Of a DNA stretch of 25,547 bases, positions 15,854-25,547 are shown piece after piece. The number at the start of each line of letters is the position of its first letter. The stretch's first letter is position 1. Source of the stretch: a virus (lineage: Duplodnaviria > Caudoviricetes); IMG/VR virus record IMGVR_UViG_3300047440_000041, positions 1 to 25,547 of that record; one strand, written 5' to 3'. The notes below the pieces were generated by a model. The model was not told the DNA's origin. It did no database searches and saw only the letters and a list, made by a program, of their open reading frames with translations. The translations under genes were made by a program, and so were the position numbers.

Positions 15854-16825
15854 ATGTCGGCTATCACATGGGATCAGGTTGGCAGTAGGGTATTTGAGAA
15901 CGGAGTTGATAGGGGAGTTCTTTATCTTCCTGATGGTTCTGGCGTTGCTTGGAATGGGCTTACTACTGTTGTCGAGAAGTTCGGTAGTGAAGTAGAGTCT
16001 GTATTCTTTGATGGAAGCAAGATCAACGATCTGGTAAAGCTCGGCACCTTCTCCGCGTCCATGAAAGCGATTACGTATCCTGATGAATTCCTGGACCTTG
16101 AAGGTCTGGTTGAGTTCAAGCGCGGAGCATATTTGGCAGATCAGAGGATTAAGACCTTTGGTCTTTGCTATCGTACGCTAATCGGGAACGATGTCGATGC
16201 AATCGCTGGGTACAAGCTTCATATTGTGTACAACCTCACAGCGATTCCTACTGATTCGACGTACGCGTCGCTGTCGGATGACCCAACTCTCGTTGAATTT
16301 GAGTGGGACTTGACTGCTGTTCCGGTGGAATCCTCAGGGTTTCGTCCAACCGCGCACATGGTCTTGGATTCACGTAAGATGGATCCGTGGCTTCTTCAAG
16401 AGATTGAAGATATTCTGTATGGATCTTCCGATGGCGACGCGATCCTTATCCCTATCGATGATCTGATTGAACACCTTGAATCTTGGTTCAGACTCAAGAT
16501 CGTTGATCATGGTGACGGAACGTGGAGCGCTATCGAACATATTGATGGAACCAACATTCGATATACTTGGGAATTTGGATTCTTTGAGATTATTGAATGT
16601 AATGCTATATATTTGGATGACGTCACGTTCCTGATCTCGAACACAGATGATATTACTGACATCCCCCAGATCGATATCACAAACTTTGGAGATGGAACTT
16701 GGAATGCCACAACCGGGCATGACAATCTCATAGTTGTCGACGATACTGGCATGTTCTCCATCCACAACGCCAACGCGGTGTTCATCGACGAGTACACCTA
16801 CAAACTAGATGACACTCTAGTGTAA
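15854..16825 (+). CDS. Second major-tail-protein paralog with duplicated acidic C-terminal domain
   Basis: Aligns with 14414..15277 (WDQVG.R.FENGVDRGVLY, AWNGLT, AITYPDEF, GYKLHIVY). GDGTW repeat with a 59-aa period. Confidence 0.8.
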   Translation: MSAITWDQVGSRVFENGVDRGVLYLPDGSGVAWNGLTTVVEKFGSEVESVFFDGSKINDLVKLGTFSASMKAITYPDEFLDLEGLVEFKRGAYLADQRIKTFGLCYRTLIGNDVDAIAGYKLHIVYNLTAIPTDSTYASLSDDPTLVEFEWDLTAVPVESSGFRPTAHMVLDSRKMDPWLLQEIEDILYGSSDGDAILIPIDDLIEHLESWFRLKIVDHGDGTWSAIEHIDGTNIRYTWEFGFFEIIECNAIYLDDVTFLISNTDDITDIPQIDITNFGDGTWNATTGHDNLIVVDDTGMFSIHNANAVFIDEYTYKLDDTLV

Positions 16826-16843
16826 ACACCTTAAGGAGGATTG

Positions 16844-17707
16844 ATGGCTACAGTTACCGGCTACACGGCCGAACGAATGAAGCAAATCGAAGACGAAACG
16901 GTCGTTGACGGTGAGGTTCGCGGCGACAATCTATATTTGCAGCAGCGCAATGGTGTAGAGATCAACGCTGGTAATGTCCGCGGCCCTGTCGGCGCTGGGT
17001 CTGATGCCTCTCTTCCGTCTACTGATGCCGGAAATGATGTCACCCAGGGCACTGATGGTAAGATCTTGTTCGATCACGATAAGGCTTACCGAGGTAATGT
17101 TACCGTCTTTGCGACAGCCGCTGATCGTGATAGCGCAATTCCTAGCCCGGTCGAAGGCGTTGCTTGCTATCTTTCGGGAACGCATCAACTTGAGATTTTC
17201 AATGCAGTCAACGGTTGGGCTCCTCCTTGGAATATGCCTTGGGGGCTAGCCGGTTGGGCTAAGTTGGCAACCCCTATGGCTGGCATTACAAGTGAGGTGG
17301 CAGTTCTTAGTTGTCAGTTTAAGGCAGTCGCTGGGCGAGCGTATGAAGTTCATGCTGTCGCTCCTTTCATCGTTGGGCTAACCGCTGGCGTTCCTCAGTT
17401 TCGTATTGTAATTGATGGATCTATTGTCGCCGCTGGTTGGGTCGAGCATGTTCTTGGTGCGCAGTGGGCAACCGCGTCAATGTCAACGGTTGTTCAGGGA
17501 CTTACAACCGGTCTTCACCATGCCGTTATTACGGGCCTTATGACTCCTGGAGGAGCAGTCCTGTCCGTTAATGATTCGTTTAACGGTGGAACGTACATTA
17601 TGGTCAACGATGCTGGGCCTTCTGTAACCGCCGGTCTTATTGGTGAATCTCAGCCATCTCCTGGTGGAGATATTGATTACACGCCGCCCGCGGAGGCTAA
17701 GACATGA
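16844..17707 (+). CDS. Minor tail/fibre protein
   Basis: AAGGAGG RBS. N-terminus MATVTGYTAERM...AGNVRGP, internal FATAADRDSAIPSPVEG..Y motif, beta-rich C-terminus. Confidence 0.7.
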   Translation: MATVTGYTAERMKQIEDETVVDGEVRGDNLYLQQRNGVEINAGNVRGPVGAGSDASLPSTDAGNDVTQGTDGKILFDHDKAYRGNVTVFATAADRDSAIPSPVEGVACYLSGTHQLEIFNAVNGWAPPWNMPWGLAGWAKLATPMAGITSEVAVLSCQFKAVAGRAYEVHAVAPFIVGLTAGVPQFRIVIDGSIVAAGWVEHVLGAQWATASMSTVVQGLTTGLHHAVITGLMTPGGAVLSVNDSFNGGTYIMVNDAGPSVTAGLIGESQPSPGGDIDYTPPAEAKT

Positions 17708-18486
17708 GTTGGATTCCTGGATTTGAAATTCGTGATCTCGGAGGCCCCACCGGAGGGCCTTACGATCGTCATGACAACCCTAAACTTCTCTGGCATACCT
17801 GGGAAGGATATTCGTGGAATGGAGCAGAGTCTGCCTTTCGTAACTATCCTCCGCATGTCGCTGTCAATCCTATTGATAAGCGTCGTTGTCAGTATGTTCC
17901 TCTTGATCGGCACGCATATTCTCTAGCTGGTACGGACGCGGAGGATTCCTTCGTTATCCAGGTCGAGGTTGCTGGCTACGCAGGAGAGTCTCATGACTGG
18001 ACCGACGAGTGGCTTGAGTGGCTAGGCGCTGAGGTCCTTGCCCCTATCAGGGAGATCGTTGACATTCCCGGTGTTATTTGCCCGCAGGGATTTCACGGAG
18101 AAGGCGAAGGTATTATCCTCGCCAGTCCGTCATCTCCGATCCGATACAACATGCAAAGCTGGGATGCATTTTCCGGCCACGTAGGACATCAGCACGCGCC
18201 AGCTCCTGACGACCATTGGGATCCAGGACGACTTGATGTCCGTTCGATCATTAACGCTTCAGAGGAGGCTCTTACTGTGATGCACACGTACGTCATCGCC
18301 ACGCCTAATGGAGAGGTTGTCAGGTTCCTTGGGACCGACATCCCCTTCGAGAAGATCACTGGCGTGTGGAACGGCGATCCCGATAATCAGGACGCGGAAT
18401 GGTCCGTTGTTCACGGATTTGACCCGACCCTCGCGGTGGCATTCGCCAACAAGCCCGTGAAGCTTGAAGTTGCGTATGTTCCTTAA
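17704..18486 (+). CDS. Endolysin, N-acetylmuramoyl-L-alanine amidase-like
   Basis: Zn-amidase-type motifs LLWHTWE, PPH, IQVE, GHQH and DHWDPG. ATGA overlap with the upstream gene. Confidence 0.75.
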   Translation: MSWIPGFEIRDLGGPTGGPYDRHDNPKLLWHTWEGYSWNGAESAFRNYPPHVAVNPIDKRRCQYVPLDRHAYSLAGTDAEDSFVIQVEVAGYAGESHDWTDEWLEWLGAEVLAPIREIVDIPGVICPQGFHGEGEGIILASPSSPIRYNMQSWDAFSGHVGHQHAPAPDDHWDPGRLDVRSIINASEEALTVMHTYVIATPNGEVVRFLGTDIPFEKITGVWNGDPDNQDAEWSVVHGFDPTLAVAFANKPVKLEVAYVP

Positions 18487-18495
18487 GGGGGATTG

Positions 18496-18672
18496 ATGTT
18501 CGCACAAATGGTATCAGGAAAGACAGATCTCGCGGACGGTCTATTTCTGGCCGCGTTCATCGTTTTTCTGGTTGTGGCTGTCGTCAGGCTGGTAGTAAAG
18601 CCTGTTGATATTTCCGCAACGTTGCTCGTAGTGGGACTTGCGCTAGTTGCACTAGCCTGGTTCGTACTATAA
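18496..18672 (+). CDS. 58-aa two-TM membrane protein, holin candidate (not in ORF track)
   Basis: AAGGGGG RBS and ATG 18496. Translates as MFAQMVSGKTDLADGLFLAAFIVFLVVAVVRLVVKPVDISATLLVVGLALVALAWFVL, immediately after the endolysin. Confidence 0.65.
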   Translation: MFAQMVSGKTDLADGLFLAAFIVFLVVAVVRLVVKPVDISATLLVVGLALVALAWFVL

Positions 18673-18676
18673 AGGT

Positions 18677-18740
18677 CTACTCCGGTCAGAGGCGTACAGG
18701 GTTTCCCCGCCGTCACCTTATATTTCTCTGGCCGGAGTAG
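18677..18740 (+). promoter_or_regulatory. Intergenic long stem-loop (15-bp stem with nested hairpin); possible terminator/attenuator or processing site
   Basis: CTACTCCGGTCAGAG (18677-18691) pairs with CTCTGGCCGGAGTAG (18726-18740) with one U-G pair. The loop contains GGG-TTT-CCC, and only TTT follows the stem. Confidence 0.55.
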
Positions 18741-18762
18741 TTTAACGACGAAAGGAAGTGTC

Positions 18763-19140
18763 ATGATTAGTCTCTCAAGCTCAGGCGCATGGAATCAGAC
18801 TAAGAACTTCCTTAGTCGTATGGTGCATCAGGATCACCTACGAGGCCTTGAGGGCTACGGGCAGTCAGGCGTAGACGCTCTCTCAAGCGCCACTCCGCGT
18901 AGGACAGGGAAGACTGCTGAGTCATGGAAGTATAGGGTTATTCGTGACAGGAGTCATCCAAGAATCGAGTGGTACAACACAAACATCCGCAATGGATCTG
19001 TAATTGCTGTTCTTATTCAGTACGGCCACGGCACTGGAACTGGTGGCTACGTACAAGGAAGAGATTACATTAACCCAGCAATTCGACCCATATTCGACAA
19101 AATCGCGGATGACATGTGGAGGCAGGTGAAAGCATCATGA
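18763..19140 (+). CDS. HK97 gp10-like putative tail/neck component
   Basis: GAAAGGAAG RBS. ATPRRTGKTAESW, QYGHGT..GGYVQGRDYINPAI motifs. Confidence 0.75.
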   Translation: MISLSSSGAWNQTKNFLSRMVHQDHLRGLEGYGQSGVDALSSATPRRTGKTAESWKYRVIRDRSHPRIEWYNTNIRNGSVIAVLIQYGHGTGTGGYVQGRDYINPAIRPIFDKIADDMWRQVKAS

Positions 19141-22100
19141 GTGGTGGTGTTGACAACCGCGTAGTTTCTCTTACGTTCGATAACTCGCAGTTCCAACGTA
19201 AGATGGAAGAGACTCTCAAGAGCCTGGACAAGTTGAGGGCCAGCCTTGATGTGTCTAATGGCAAGAAGAGCATGGAGGAGCTTAGCGCTGCCTCAGGTAA
19301 GTTCAACGTAGATCATATTTCGCAAGGTATCCAGGGCGTAAGTAAGAGCTTTCTCGCGCTGTCCACGATTGCCATCACGGTTCTCTCAGGCATTGCCTCG
19401 AAGGCCGTTGACGTTGGTGCTCGGCTTGTCAAGTCGTTTGCTCTTGATGGAATCATTGCTGGTTTCCAAGAGTTCGAGCTTAAGATGGGCGCCATTCAGA
19501 CCATTATGGCTGGCAGTGGCGAGTCTCTTGATGTTGTAAACACTAAACTTCAAGAGTTGAATGAGTATTCTGACAAGACGATTTACTCATTCAAGGACAT
19601 GACGACTAATATTGGTAAGTTCACCAATGCAGGCCTTAGCCTTGACCAGTCCGTAGCGTCTATCAAGGGCGTGGCCAACGTTGCGGCCGTTTCTGGCGCG
19701 AATGCTGAAGAAGCTTCGCGTGCGATGTACAACTTCGCCCAGGCTCTGTCAAAGGGACACGTTGCTCTCATTGACTGGAAGTCTATCGAGCTTGCAAACA
19801 TGGGTACTGCTGAATTCAAGCAGCAGCTTATCGATGCGGCCGACGCTTCAGGAAAGCTTACCAAACGTGGAAACGAATGGGTTACATCCGCTGGCCACGC
19901 GGTAACCGCAACCAAGGGTTTTAATGAGTCACTTACCGATGAGTGGCTGACTACCGAGGTTCTGAACAAGACACTTGGTAACTATTCTGACGCAACGACG
20001 GATATTGGTAAGAAAGCCACCGCTGCGGCTCAGGACGTCAAGACGTTCACGATGCTCATCGACACTGTCAAGGAGAGCATCGGCTCTGGCTGGGCTCAGT
20101 CTTTTGAGAATGTCATCGGTAACTTCGAAGAATCTAAGCAGCTTTGGACCGGCGTAAATGCAGCAATAAGCACTTTCGTCAGCAAAAGCGCTGATTCTCG
20201 TAATGAACTACTCAAGGGTTGGAAAGACGCGGGTGGTAGAGCCATCCTCATTGAGGGGTTGAAAGACGCCTTTATTGGCCTCGCATCGGTTGTAAAACCA
20301 ATTACTGCCGCGTTCAGGGAGATATTTCCACCTGCCACTGTAGACACCTTGATGAAGTTGACCCATAACTTCGCCAATTGGGCCAAGACGCTCAAGCTCA
20401 CAGCAGAGCAGTCAGCCAACCTGAAGGCCACGTTCAAGGGCCTCTTTGCTATTCTCTCGATTGGCTGGACGGTCATCAAGGGTGTAGCTAGCATCTTCAA
20501 GGAACTGTTCTCTCAGCTAATGCATATTTACAAAGGCATTGGTGGAGTTACCTCGCAATGGGGTCATTTCTTCATCGTTCTCCAGAGGAGTCTTGTCACT
20601 GGCGGAGGTATTGCTGACTTCTTCCAGAAGATCACCGATCAGATTTCAAAGCTTGGCCCTTGGATTGACAGGGTCAAGGAGAAGATCGGATCTCTCTTTG
20701 GCGATGGTATCCCAGGCGCGGACGTAGCTGTCAGTATATTTGACCGCATCAAAGAGCGGATGGACCAGCTCAGCACCGGCGCTCAGAAGGTCGTCGGGCT
20801 CTTCAAGGCTCTTGGACAAGAGATCAAGAGCGCGTTGGAGAAAGTCTGGCCCCTAATCCAGCAGGGGTTCGATGAATTGAAGCAGCGGCTCAAGGATGTC
20901 TTGATGCCGAGCGACATGAGTGGAGTCCTTGACGCAGTCAATGTCGGTCTTCTTGGTGGCCTAGTCATTCTTCTAAAGAAGTTCATGAAGAACGGCCTCA
21001 AGCTTGACTTCGGTGGCGGCATCATGGAGAAGGTTGCCGGCACCCTTGACGCGTTGACAAGTAAACTTCAGACCATGCAGCAGCAGATCAAGGTGGACAT
21101 GCTGCTGAAGATCGCCATCGCATTGGCAGTCCTTGCGGCATCTATATTGGTGCTATCACTGATTGACCCTGGTGACCTCACAAAGGCCATGACGGCATTG
21201 GCTGTGGGCTTCGGAGAACTGGTTGCTGCATTTGCTGCACTAGACAAGATTTCTAGTAACATGGGGTCTGCGAAGCTTGCTATTCTAGCAGCCGGTCTTA
21301 TTCTTGTCGCTGGAGCGATGCTTATTCTCTCCTTTGCGGTAAAGAATTTGGCTGGCCTCAGCATGACCGAGCTGGCCACTGGTCTTGGTGGTGTTGCTGG
21401 GATGCTCTTCATCATGGTCAAGGCTATAGAGCCTTTGACGAAGGACGTCTCCGGCATGATCAAGGCTGGTGTTGGCATGGCTGCCATCGGCGTTGGTCTT
21501 CTGATCTTGAGTCTAGCCGTTCGATCCTTCGCTTCGATTGATATTGGCTCGATGGTTTATGGTCTAACTGCCATCGGAGTAACTCTACTTGGGTTTGTCG
21601 GGATCATGAAGTTGGTCCCAGAGACTGAGATGATTGCATTCGGTATCGCGCTTATCGGTGTTGCTGTTGGTCTTAATATTCTTGCTTCCGCGGTTTCGAA
21701 GTTCGGATCCATAGATGCAGGAACCATGGTACAGGGCCTACTTGGCATTGGGGTTGCTCTTCTTGGTATTGCCGGGATCATGTATCTCTTCCCAAGTAAC
21801 ATGGTCCTCACGGCAGCAGGGCTTCTTCTAGTCGCCATTGCTTTGAATGGCATTGCGGCTGCTGTAGGCACCATGGGTAACATGGATATTGAGGCGATGA
21901 CGAATGGTATTAAGGGCTTGGCGATCATGCTGGGCCTTCTTGTCGTGTCTGTGAACCTCATGAACGACGCTCTCATGGGCGCTGCGGCAATGGTCATTGT
22001 AGCTGCCGCGTTGTGGGTCCTTGCTGAGGTCCTTGAGAAGATCGGCGGAATGAGCTGGGGAGACCTTATCAAGGGTCTTGTCGGACTTGCTGCGGTTCTC

Positions 22101-23738
22101 GCAATAATTGGAATTGCTGCGTTGGCCATGGAGCCGATTGTAGGGGCGATCGTAGCCCTTGGCGTAGCTCTCATATTTGTTGGTGCAGGCATCGCGTTGT
22201 TCGGCATTGGCGCGTTCTTCCTAGCTAAGGCCTTCGAGGCAATGGCTAAGGCAGGCGTTGCTGGCACTAAGGCTCTTATTGATAGTCTAAAGATCCTGGC
22301 TGCGGCTATTCCGGATATTCTGGGTGCATTCATCAAGAGCTTGGTTGATTCTGTTAAATCTTTGCTTGAGCTAGTACCTGTACTCATTACGATCCTTACC
22401 GCCGTCCTTGAAGCGATGCTTGAGATGATCATCACGCTCGCGCCTAAGATTGCAGAAGCTTTGGTTGCGCTTGTTCTAGCGGGGTTGGACGCGATTCGCA
22501 CTATATTCCCGCAGATGGTCCAGACAGGCATTGATCTTATCATGGCGCTGCTCACGGGTATCCGTGACAACGTTGGTGAGATGGTCACTGTCGTCGGTGA
22601 GATCATCACATCCTTCATCGATAACTTCTCTACCCAGCTTCATAATATTGTTACATCGATCAAGGACCTTATTGTTACGTTCTTCAATGACGTAGCATTT
22701 GCCGTTGGCGAGGTTGCAGGAACAATCCTTGTTGGGGTTGGCTTGCAATTCATGGACGGGTTCTTGCAGGGTGTGACTGGTGGAGAATCTGGGCCAATGA
22801 ACTTCTTCACTGAGCTTCCTGGGAAGGTTCTCGGATGGCTTGGTGATGTTCTTGGAACTCTCTGGGACAAGGGCTCACAGCTTCTTGAGGGGTTGTGGAA
22901 CGGTATCCAGAGCTTTGTTGGAACCATCAGCGATTTCTATATCTCACTTGGGAGTACCATTCTCGGATGGATCGGCGATGTGCTAGGTACTTTGGTGAGT
23001 AAGGGTACCGATCTTATTCAAGGTCTATGGAATGGCATCACCGGCAAGTGGAGTGAAGTCGAGAGTTGGATTACAGGCATCGGAGGAAAGATTCTTTCCG
23101 CCATTGGTGATATTGCCGATGTGCTTGTCGACATTGGTGAACAGATCATTGGCGGTTTGTTGGAAGGCCTTAAGAAGGGCTGGGAAACAGCTTCGGGTTG
23201 GCTTGGAGATGTTGGCGGCTTTATCGTCGATCTCAAGGGCCCACCCAAGAAGGACGCTATACTCCTGGTCAACAACGGCATGCTCATCATGCAAGGTTTG
23301 CATAAAGGTATGGAGTCTGAATGGGCTGCGGTTGAGGAATGGCTTGGTAACCTGAGCCCTGCAGAGGCACTTGATAAGAACATTGGCGCGACTATGGGTA
23401 AGGCGCTGGCAGGTGTGGCCAACCAAATGACCACAGAGCTTGAGGGTATGGCGGAGTTCAGTCCTACAATTACTCCGGTTCTAGACCTGACTGGAGTGCA
23501 AAAGGACGCTAGGTTACTAGGCTCTATGTTGGCAACAACTTCCTTCGACCAGGCAAAGCTCATCTCGCATACTACGGATGTGGCTTCAACAGAAGCACAA
23601 CCTGCTGCTCCGACCGCGCCGACTGAGGTTAAGTTTGAGCAGAACATCTACGCGCCTACAGCGTTGAGTACGAATGATATTTACAGGAACACGCGTAGCC
23701 AAATCGTATTGGCCAAGGAGGAGCTGAACATCCCATGA
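19137..23738 (+). CDS. Tape measure protein
   Basis: About 1530 aa, ATGA overlap at 19137. Tape-measure N-terminal domain (LNEYSDKTIYSF..MT), long Ala/Gly/Leu hydrophobic repeats, Trp-spaced C-terminal repeats. Confidence 0.95.
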   Translation: MSGGVDNRVVSLTFDNSQFQRKMEETLKSLDKLRASLDVSNGKKSMEELSAASGKFNVDHISQGIQGVSKSFLALSTIAITVLSGIASKAVDVGARLVKSFALDGIIAGFQEFELKMGAIQTIMAGSGESLDVVNTKLQELNEYSDKTIYSFKDMTTNIGKFTNAGLSLDQSVASIKGVANVAAVSGANAEEASRAMYNFAQALSKGHVALIDWKSIELANMGTAEFKQQLIDAADASGKLTKRGNEWVTSAGHAVTATKGFNESLTDEWLTTEVLNKTLGNYSDATTDIGKKATAAAQDVKTFTMLIDTVKESIGSGWAQSFENVIGNFEESKQLWTGVNAAISTFVSKSADSRNELLKGWKDAGGRAILIEGLKDAFIGLASVVKPITAAFREIFPPATVDTLMKLTHNFANWAKTLKLTAEQSANLKATFKGLFAILSIGWTVIKGVASIFKELFSQLMHIYKGIGGVTSQWGHFFIVLQRSLVTGGGIADFFQKITDQISKLGPWIDRVKEKIGSLFGDGIPGADVAVSIFDRIKERMDQLSTGAQKVVGLFKALGQEIKSALEKVWPLIQQGFDELKQRLKDVLMPSDMSGVLDAVNVGLLGGLVILLKKFMKNGLKLDFGGGIMEKVAGTLDALTSKLQTMQQQIKVDMLLKIAIALAVLAASILVLSLIDPGDLTKAMTALAVGFGELVAAFAALDKISSNMGSAKLAILAAGLILVAGAMLILSFAVKNLAGLSMTELATGLGGVAGMLFIMVKAIEPLTKDVSGMIKAGVGMAAIGVGLLILSLAVRSFASIDIGSMVYGLTAIGVTLLGFVGIMKLVPETEMIAFGIALIGVAVGLNILASAVSKFGSIDAGTMVQGLLGIGVALLGIAGIMYLFPSNMVLTAAGLLLVAIALNGIAAAVGTMGNMDIEAMTNGIKGLAIMLGLLVVSVNLMNDALMGAAAMVIVAAALWVLAEVLEKIGGMSWGDLIKGLVGLAAVLAIIGIAALAMEPIVGAIVALGVALIFVGAGIALFGIGAFFLAKAFEAMAKAGVAGTKALIDSLKILAAAIPDILGAFIKSLVDSVKSLLELVPVLITILTAVLEAMLEMIITLAPKIAEALVALVLAGLDAIRTIFPQMVQTGIDLIMALLTGIRDNVGEMVTVVGEIITSFIDNFSTQLHNIVTSIKDLIVTFFNDVAFAVGEVAGTILVGVGLQFMDGFLQGVTGGESGPMNFFTELPGKVLGWLGDVLGTLWDKGSQLLEGLWNGIQSFVGTISDFYISLGSTILGWIGDVLGTLVSKGTDLIQGLWNGITGKWSEVESWITGIGGKILSAIGDIADVLVDIGEQIIGGLLEGLKKGWETASGWLGDVGGFIVDLKGPPKKDAILLVNNGMLIMQGLHKGMESEWAAVEEWLGNLSPAEALDKNIGATMGKALAGVANQMTTELEGMAEFSPTITPVLDLTGVQKDARLLGSMLATTSFDQAKLISHTTDVASTEAQPAAPTAPTEVKFEQNIYAPTALSTNDIYRNTRSQIVLAKEELNIP

Positions 23739-24586
23739 AGATCACGGGTATCGATCTACACGGCTCTGATGGGGCAAAGGTAGTTGAGCTTAGTTTCAGG
23801 GATCCCGCATCTCAGAAACCATATATTGCTAAGGCTGTTGTCGGGCTGGACGCGGACGAGATCATTGCCAGGTTCTATGGCATATCTCAGGCGTCCAGCT
23901 CGAAGTACTACAGTCTATCTCTTGAGCGTAGGACGGTCGTCATCAGGATTTCACTAAACCCTGACTTCGAGACCTCGTCATATTCTCAACTAAGAGATGA
24001 CTTGTACAAGATGATCTCCTCCTCACGGACCGGTAAGATTGATCTTCGGTTCAAGGAGGGGCCATATGTCATAGCGCATGTGGCTGGCTTCATCACGAAG
24101 TTCGAGGCACCACATTTCACTGAGACTCCTGAAGTTCAGCTCACGGTTGAATGTGATGACCCAATGCTACGTAGCATGAACGTAGTTTATATTCCAATCG
24201 CAACTACACCTGGAACTGTCGCTACGCTGGTCGATGATATTTCAACTGCACCACACGGATTCAAGTTCAATGTCACGTTCACAACTATCGCTCCTGACTT
24301 CATTATTCAGGACGCGGCTACGCCGGAGTGGCAGTTCAAGGTAACTCCAGGGACGATCGGCGCTGCGACGGGCTTCCTTGTAGGAGACAAGCTATATTTC
24401 TCCAGTGAATACACGGATAAGTACGTCTACATGATTCGAGGAGGAGCGACCATCCACTTGGTGGATAAGGTTGTGCACGGCTCTATCTGGCCGATCATAT
24501 TTCCTGGATCCAATCCGTTCAATTCCTCACCTGCAGGTTTCACTTGGGATTCCGTCTCGCATTATCCGGCTTACTGGGGGGTGTAA
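23735..24586 (+). CDS. Distal tail (Dit)-like minor tail protein
   Basis: Directly follows the tape measure gene with an ATGA overlap, 283 aa, LTVECDDPM and WP.IFPG.N motifs. Confidence 0.7.
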   Translation: MKITGIDLHGSDGAKVVELSFRDPASQKPYIAKAVVGLDADEIIARFYGISQASSSKYYSLSLERRTVVIRISLNPDFETSSYSQLRDDLYKMISSSRTGKIDLRFKEGPYVIAHVAGFITKFEAPHFTETPEVQLTVECDDPMLRSMNVVYIPIATTPGTVATLVDDISTAPHGFKFNVTFTTIAPDFIIQDAATPEWQFKVTPGTIGAATGFLVGDKLYFSSEYTDKYVYMIRGGATIHLVDKVVHGSIWPIIFPGSNPFNSSPAGFTWDSVSHYPAYWGV

Positions 24587-24587
24587 C

Positions 24588-25547
24588 GTGGAGCTGTTCA
24601 AGTTTCACAACCCATCCTACGATACCCTGATGGAACAAGGCGAGATGATCAATGGCGTCTCCGATATTATGTGGATCGAGAGATATCGTGACGCAGGAGA
24701 GTTCACCATCAAGGCTCCTGTGGCTACAGGCATTCGAGATCAGATTCCTACTGGTACTCTTATTTCGCACGTGGACACCACAGAGATCATGATTGTTGAG
24801 AACCATGAGATCTCGGATGATAGTGGAGAAGCCACATTTGTAACCATCACTGGTAGGAGCTTTGAGACGATTCTTGAGCAGAGAGTGGTAGGTGCTAGTA
24901 AAGCTATGCCTACTGAGGTCATTGATAACACTCTTGCTGCGGATTACACATGGAATCAGGTTGTCAAGCTCATCTGGAATGATATCACAGACTCTGGGCA
25001 TCCACAAAACGTCCTGAATTACGTTCAAGCTTTTACGAATGTAACCGGAACTGGCGAGTCTGTAGCTAGAATTATTCGACGCATCAATACCTACGCGGCT
25101 GCGTTAGAGTTGATGGCAATCGATAACCTAGGGATCAAGGCTATTCGTCCTGGGCCTGAGTCGCCATTCGGTCCGGCGAGTCTGTATACATCCTTGCTCA
25201 TCCACAAGGGAGTCGATCGCTCCGCGGACGTCATATTCTCCTATGATGGTGGAGACATCGATACAGCCGACTACCTGTGGAGCATCAAGAGCCTGAAGAC
25301 ATCTGTGTTGGTGACAGGTCGCTGGCTTGAAACGCGCGTGGACGGGCCAGGGTCTAACTACGACCGTAGGATTATGGAAGTAGATGGTTCCTGGATTGAC
25401 AGTACATTTACAACAGTTCCGACTGGGGTAGATCGTACGAATGTCTTGAACGCTATGACTATATTTGGGAACCAAGTATTGGCTGCGCAGAAGGAAACCG
25501 CGATTGCCAATGCTAAGATTGCCCGTAACGTCAAGGCATATTTGTAC
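24588..25547 (+). CDS. ReqiPepy6 Gp37-like minor tail/baseplate hub protein, truncated at window end (not in ORF track)
   Basis: GTG 24588, open for 320 codons to the end of the window. MELFKF...IMWIERYRDAGEFTI...ITGRSFETILEQRVV. Confidence 0.8.
   Translation, partial: MELFKFHNPSYDTLMEQGEMINGVSDIMWIERYRDAGEFTIKAPVATGIRDQIPTGTLISHVDTTEIMIVENHEISDDSGEATFVTITGRSFETILEQRVVGASKAMPTEVIDNTLAADYTWNQVVKLIWNDITDSGHPQNVLNYVQAFTNVTGTGESVARIIRRINTYAAALELMAIDNLGIKAIRPGPESPFGPASLYTSLLIHKGVDRSADVIFSYDGGDIDTADYLWSIKSLKTSVLVTGRWLETRVDGPGSNYDRRIMEVDGSWIDSTFTTVPTGVDRTNVLNAMTIFGNQVLAAQKETAIANAKIARNVKAYLY

Noticed and set aside
15296-15995. Programmed frameshift in the tail assembly chaperone (into track ORF 15801..15995)
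   Set aside because: No convincing slippery heptamer near the 3' end, and the alternative frame overlaps the second tail-tube gene, which has its own RBS.
1-25547. tRNA, rRNA, integrase or host genes
   Set aside because: None recognisable, and intergenic gaps are too short except 18673-18762, which lacks tRNA arms. Prophage status cannot be judged from this window.

Overview
This window is the left arm of a lytic-type siphovirus genome, essentially all on the + strand and tightly packed, with many 1-11 nt gene overlaps. The gene set resembles the group of actinobacteriophages related to Rhodococcus ReqiPepy6, Streptomyces cluster BI and Arthrobacter AM/AU (recognised from memory of motifs, not from a search). 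In order it holds: a candidate cos end; two paralogous cassettes of collagen-stalk/lectin fibre genes; putative TerS, HNH, head-tail adaptor and TerL; portal; a fused prohead protease-scaffold-capsid gene; head-tail genes; two major-tail paralogs; chaperone; fibre; amidase endolysin with a small holin candidate; a gp10-like gene; tape measure; Dit; and a truncated Gp37-like tail protein. The most interesting element is a set of four genes around terL that share an N-terminal H[HY]GxKGM[KH]WGVRN tag but have unrelated bodies. Two of them share a perfect 43-bp DNA repeat over the tag. One carries a papain-fold (Tox-PL-like) domain followed by an Imm35/YrhB-like partner gene. The tag is preceded by a hydrophobic-x-His motif that recurs seven times in the protease/scaffold region of the capsid polyprotein. 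By inference this is a modular system of capsid-loaded, protease-matured effector/toxin cargo with cognate immunity.
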